From assembly GCA_965661885.1 (NCBI GenBank), contig CBFIFN010000003.1, forward strand, positions 1-41,246: DNA of 41,246 nt, given 5' to 3'. How positions within the stretch are numbered: the first letter of the stretch is position 1; each line of letters opens with the position of its first letter. Positions 37,572 to 41,246 of the stretch are shown here, one piece after another. The DNA is from an uncultured Burkholderiales bacterium. Its GTDB lineage: Bacteria > Pseudomonadota > Gammaproteobacteria > Burkholderiales > Eutrophovitaceae. The position numbers and the translations under genes were made by a program. The notes below the pieces were generated by a model. It saw only the letters and a list, made by a program, of their open reading frames with translations, searched no databases and was not told the DNA's origin.

Positions 37572-38066
37572 ATGAGTATTGAGATAAATGGCGTGGCACA
37601 CATTCAGTTAACAGTAAGTAATAGTCTGAGTATCGATTTTTGGCGAACTCTGTGTGAATTCATGTCAATGAGTAAGTTGATTGACAATAAAGACGTACAC
37701 TACAGCATTGGTGGTCGGACCGGAGTTGCTGTTCGCTTGGCTCCGAACGATAAGCAGTCTGTTCAATTTGATCAGGATACCAGTGGGTTACACCATATAT
37801 GCTTTCGTGCGCGCTCAAGAGAGGATGTTGAGCTTGTCGCTGAATTTGTAAGCGGCCTTGAGCACGCTCGCATGGTTCATCCGCCAGAGGAGGGCGGGCG
37901 TTTTGCCCCCGGATACTATTCGGTTTTATTTGAAGATCCTGATGGCATACGCGTCGAGGTCAATTATGTGCCAGGACAAGGACATTTTGGTAAAGATGGA
38001 CGCCTAGGAAGTGAGGGACAGGGACCGGCAAACACCTATGGTGAAGATGGGTTAACGAATACATAA
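37572..38066 (+). CDS. VOC (glyoxalase/bleomycin resistance) family protein
   Basis: GVAHIQLTV, GLHHICFRA and YYSVLFEDPDGIRVE. Confidence 0.88.
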   Translation: MSIEINGVAHIQLTVSNSLSIDFWRTLCEFMSMSKLIDNKDVHYSIGGRTGVAVRLAPNDKQSVQFDQDTSGLHHICFRARSREDVELVAEFVSGLEHARMVHPPEEGGRFAPGYYSVLFEDPDGIRVEVNYVPGQGHFGKDGRLGSEGQGPANTYGEDGLTNT

Positions 38067-38118
38067 CTTCATTGGCCAAAAGATAAAATATTTTGTTTTT
38101 GATAGTTGAAAGGTAAAT

Positions 38119-38535
38119 ATGAGTAATTTGACTTTAGAGCACGCTAAAAAATGTCTTGACCTCGCTGTTACGATGGCTAATGACGAATTTAAGCGACCCG
38201 TTTGTGTCTCGATTTGTGATTCTTATGGATATCAAGTCGCATTTTTTCGAATGGATAAAGCTCCCATTCGAAGTATCGTAATCTCGCAGCGAAAAGCACA
38301 CACTGCAACTCGAATGGGGATGTCAACCGACGCGTTTCTGGATCGATTGAGAACTGATAATGTTGATATAGGATATTTTTGTGATCCTTTGATGACTGCG
38401 TTACCTGGGGGAAATCTGTTGATAACTAAAAGCGGTGAAATGGTCGGCGCTGTAGGCGTGAGTGGATTAAAACCTGTTGAGGATCAATTGATCACAGAGT
38501 CGGTTGCCTCACGGTTTTTAGAGTTCACTAAATGA
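38119..38535 (+). CDS. GlcG/HbpS-family heme-binding protein
   Basis: V.I.D..G....F.RMD.A, KAHTA, LPGG and VGAVGVSG...EDQ. Confidence 0.85.
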   Translation: MSNLTLEHAKKCLDLAVTMANDEFKRPVCVSICDSYGYQVAFFRMDKAPIRSIVISQRKAHTATRMGMSTDAFLDRLRTDNVDIGYFCDPLMTALPGGNLLITKSGEMVGAVGVSGLKPVEDQLITESVASRFLEFTK

Positions 38536-38560
38536 CGCTGATGCTTTGAGCGCTTAATTT

Positions 38561-40048
38561 ATGACCCTAGTAACGGATAAGGAAATCTTTAGGAATAATA
38601 AACTCGCGAAATTGGGTTGGGTATTGGGCTTCTTCACATTTGTGCTTATGCTCCTAATGCCTGCCCCTCAAGAGTTGAGCTCTGAGGCTTGGTGTGTAGC
38701 GGCGTTAGGTATCCTGATGGCCATTTTATGGATCACAGAAGCTATCCCTCTTCCGGCTACCGCGTTGCTGCCAATCCCGTTAGTACCACTGTTGGGTGTG
38801 GCCTCGGTCAAAGATACAGTTTCGTCTTACTCACACCCAGTGATTTTTTTATTTATGGGTGGGTTTATCGTCGCGCTGGCGATGGAACGATGGAAATTAC
38901 ATCAACGTATCGCCCTTGTCGTACTCAAATATAGCAGCGATAGTCCTGATCGGTTGATCGCTGGCTTCATGGCGATAAGTGCTTTTCTAAGCATGTGGGT
39001 GTCAAATACAGCGACCACCCTCATGATGCTTCCGATCGCAGTATCCGTGGTGACCATGTTGAAAACGGACCACGATCACAACAGTGATCTGCCGAAGGCG
39101 CTGATGTTAGCCTTAGCATATGGAGCTACCGCTGGCGGCATGGCTACGTTAGTTGGCACACCACCCAATGCTTTCTTCGCGGGTTTCGTAAAGGAGACAT
39201 ATGGATTGGAAGTGGGCTTTTTAGATTGGATGATCATTGCGCTACCACTCTCTATTTTGATGCTTCTCGCTATTTGGGTGTTACTAACAAAAGTTATTTT
39301 TAAAGTTAGTAAACACTCAATTGCTGGTGTTACCGAACTTATTGATTCTCAATTTCGAGCGCGAGGCAAAATGACGCGAGGAGAAATATCGGTAGGATTA
39401 ATTTTTATTACGCTTGCTGCTTTATGGATATTGCGCCCTTGGTTAAATTCTATTTTTCCAGATTTGAAATTGTCAGACACTGTAATTGGTATGTCCGTTG
39501 GTTTATCGACCTTTTTAATACCAGTGGACTGGAAAAACGGTGTATTTGTAATGAACTGGGAGTGGGGTAAAAAAATCCCCTTCGGCATTTTAATTTTATT
39601 CGGTGGTGGGCTCACACTCGCTTCGTTGATTCAGAAAACAGGCCTTTCTGTATGGATTGGCCAACAGTTGAGTGGGTTAGCAACATTTCCGACATTAGTA
39701 ATTGTATTGGCGATGGTGTTACTTGTCATTCTTCTGACGGAGTTGACATCGAATACCGCGACCACTGCAACCTTATTGCCGGTTGCCGGTGCTCTAGCGA
39801 TCACACTCGGAGAACACCCCTTAATGCTCATCATTCCAGCGACGCTCGCAGTAAGCTGTGCATTTATGCTGCCGGTGGCCACACCTCCCAATGCGATAGT
39901 ATTTTCTGCGGGATATTTGTCGCAAACGGACATGACAAAGGCTGGATTTAGTTTGAACATCATCGGCGTTATGCTCGTCACCGTTACTGCTTACACTTTA
40001 ATGGCTTGGGTATTTGGAATTAAGCCCGGACTCTCCCTTATACTTTAG
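38561..40048 (+). CDS. DASS/SLC13 sodium:dicarboxylate/sulfate symporter
   Basis: WITEAIPL, LSMWVSNTATT, GGMATLVGTPPN, TELTSNTAT and AFMLPVATPPNAIVF. Confidence 0.93.
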   Translation: MTLVTDKEIFRNNKLAKLGWVLGFFTFVLMLLMPAPQELSSEAWCVAALGILMAILWITEAIPLPATALLPIPLVPLLGVASVKDTVSSYSHPVIFLFMGGFIVALAMERWKLHQRIALVVLKYSSDSPDRLIAGFMAISAFLSMWVSNTATTLMMLPIAVSVVTMLKTDHDHNSDLPKALMLALAYGATAGGMATLVGTPPNAFFAGFVKETYGLEVGFLDWMIIALPLSILMLLAIWVLLTKVIFKVSKHSIAGVTELIDSQFRARGKMTRGEISVGLIFITLAALWILRPWLNSIFPDLKLSDTVIGMSVGLSTFLIPVDWKNGVFVMNWEWGKKIPFGILILFGGGLTLASLIQKTGLSVWIGQQLSGLATFPTLVIVLAMVLLVILLTELTSNTATTATLLPVAGALAITLGEHPLMLIIPATLAVSCAFMLPVATPPNAIVFSAGYLSQTDMTKAGFSLNIIGVMLVTVTAYTLMAWVFGIKPGLSLIL

Positions 40049-40933
40049 TCACTCAGCCGAGCTGTCAGTCTCAAGACTCAGAGCAACCCGAAACCCTAAG
40101 TCAATGTGTTTGGTGCCATAAAACTTATAGCGTTGTGCTGTTCTAAGGTAATACGGTTGATTTGTTAACCAAGAACCTCCTCTGTAGGCTCGTTGGTCGC
40201 AATCGCCATCAATGAATGGTTGGCCCTTTAGAGACCCCCGACTGTGGCGCCAATTGGGGTTGAGGCAGTCCTCAACCCATTCCCAAACGTTACCTAACAT
40301 GTCAAAGACGCCAAATTCGTTTGGTTTGTAGGATCCGACGCCAACTAAACTCGCTGCTCCGTCATGGCAAGGTAACCTACGCCATCCGAATTGATATTCT
40401 TGTTCCGCAGATTCATCATAACCATTTCCGTATTCACAGGCATTTTCAGGTGGTATACCAAATAGTATCGCCCGTTGTTTACCAGATTGAGCGGCGTATT
40501 CCCACTCTGCCTCGGATGGCAAACGATAGGTTTTTCCTGTAATTGTTTGTAACCATTGGAGATAAGATTGGGTATCTGCCCAAGACACATTTATTACCGG
40601 TTGTTCTCCTCTGCCGTATCCCTCATCATCCGCTGGGCGGCATATTCCGTCTGCCACACAGACTTCCCACTGATTAAATGTGACCTCAAATTGCCCTATA
40701 GCGAAAGACTGTTCAAACACTATATCGAGAATGTAGCCCTCATTGTATGGACTACCAAACTCGTTAGGGGGAGAGCCGAAGCCATAATTCCCTTTAGGTA
40801 TGACGACCATGCTGGGACAAAATTTACAATCTTGAAAAACGGTTAGCGGCTTTTGCTCCGCGACTGCCTGCTGACTATAAAAAAAAGAAATAGCACCAAT
40901 TACTAAGGCTCGAGATATTTTTTTGTTAAGCAT
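40049..40933 (-). CDS. Secreted FGE-sulfatase-fold (SUMF1/EgtB/PvdO-like) protein
   Basis: Signal peptide, FQDCKFCPSMVVIP.G, EVTFNQW, PVINVSW, YRLPSEAEWEYAA, DMLGNVWEW, RGGSW and GFRVA; TGATG coupling to the upstream gene. Confidence 0.9.
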   Translation of the reverse strand: MLNKKISRALVIGAISFFYSQQAVAEQKPLTVFQDCKFCPSMVVIPKGNYGFGSPPNEFGSPYNEGYILDIVFEQSFAIGQFEVTFNQWEVCVADGICRPADDEGYGRGEQPVINVSWADTQSYLQWLQTITGKTYRLPSEAEWEYAAQSGKQRAILFGIPPENACEYGNGYDESAEQEYQFGWRRLPCHDGAASLVGVGSYKPNEFGVFDMLGNVWEWVEDCLNPNWRHSRGSLKGQPFIDGDCDQRAYRGGSWLTNQPYYLRTAQRYKFYGTKHIDLGFRVALSLETDSSAE

Positions 40934-41244
40934 CAATTAAAGTTTAAACTCATACCCACTCTGAAACCTAGATCGATTTCTCGTGCTCCCATGTATTTAT
41001 ACCGGTCCGGTATCTGTAAATACTTAGGCGGATGGCTCAGCCAAGAGCTTCCTCGGTAAGCCCGCTGTGAACAATGACCGTCGACTCTGGCTGCCGCATC
41101 AGTAGGACCGCTTCGCCACAAAATTGCTTGACAGTCCTCTGTCCATTCCCAAACGTTTCCGAGCGTGTCATAAACTCCGAACTGATTCGGTTTCAGCGAG
41201 CCGACAGGAGCAGAAAAATCAAAATGGTCATCACACGGGATGCT
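40933..41244 (-). CDS. FGE-sulfatase-fold protein, C-terminal part (5' truncated by window edge)
   Basis: The frame is open to the edge: SIPCDDHFDFSAPVGSLKPNQFGVYDTLGNVWEWTEDC...RAYRGSSW...DLGFRVG. Confidence 0.88.
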   Translation of the reverse strand, partial: SIPCDDHFDFSAPVGSLKPNQFGVYDTLGNVWEWTEDCQAILWRSGPTDAAARVDGHCSQRAYRGSSWLSHPPKYLQIPDRYKYMGAREIDLGFRVGMSLNFN

Positions 41245-41246
41245 CT

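Noticed and set aside
40049-41246. Diversity-generating retroelement (FGE/C-type-lectin-fold targets with similar 3' ends)
   Set aside because: The two 3' regions differ at many non-adenine positions and both are coding paralogs. No template repeat or reverse transcriptase is present in the window.
1-41246. tRNA, rRNA, CRISPR array, IS element or prophage
   Set aside because: Intergenic gaps are short. I saw no cloverleaf or T-loop motifs, spaced direct repeats, or transposase, integrase or phage structural genes by eye.

Overview
This 41 kb window is gene-dense bacterial chromosome. GC content looks to be in the low-to-mid 40s % (estimated by eye). Gene content and synteny (proS near rppH, wrbA-DUF2069, gluQ, hrpA, nhaB, lutBC) suggest a proteobacterium, probably a betaproteobacterium. 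I can support about 39 CDSs, two truncated by the window edges. Most are housekeeping, metabolite-repair or redox genes: lutB/lutC, nhaB, a 2-hydroxyacid dehydrogenase, an amidase, hrpA, pxpBCA, gluQ, wrbA, proS, rppH, a quinone oxidoreductase, an aldo/keto reductase, DUF1800/DUF1501, a DsbD-like protein, a persulfide dioxygenase-rhodanese fusion, GST, an FKBP, a 4CL-like ligase, a DASS transporter and tandem FGE-fold proteins. I saw no rRNA, tRNA, CRISPR array, transposase or integrase. Three candidates for new biology stand out. (1) An HTH-WYL-WCX regulator is followed by an orphan gene. That gene has a palindrome (GCTCAC-CTA-GTGAGC) at about its -35 position and encodes an N-terminal QLSFF clamp-binding-like motif plus a degenerate DUF932-like domain. 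(2) A stand-alone Pal-domain lipoprotein carries a ~100-residue helical spacer with an exact 21-bp (one heptad) duplication, next to a long secreted coiled-coil protein. (3) The nhaB leader contains a pseudoknot-compatible element. All family calls come from motif recognition by eye; no database searches were run.
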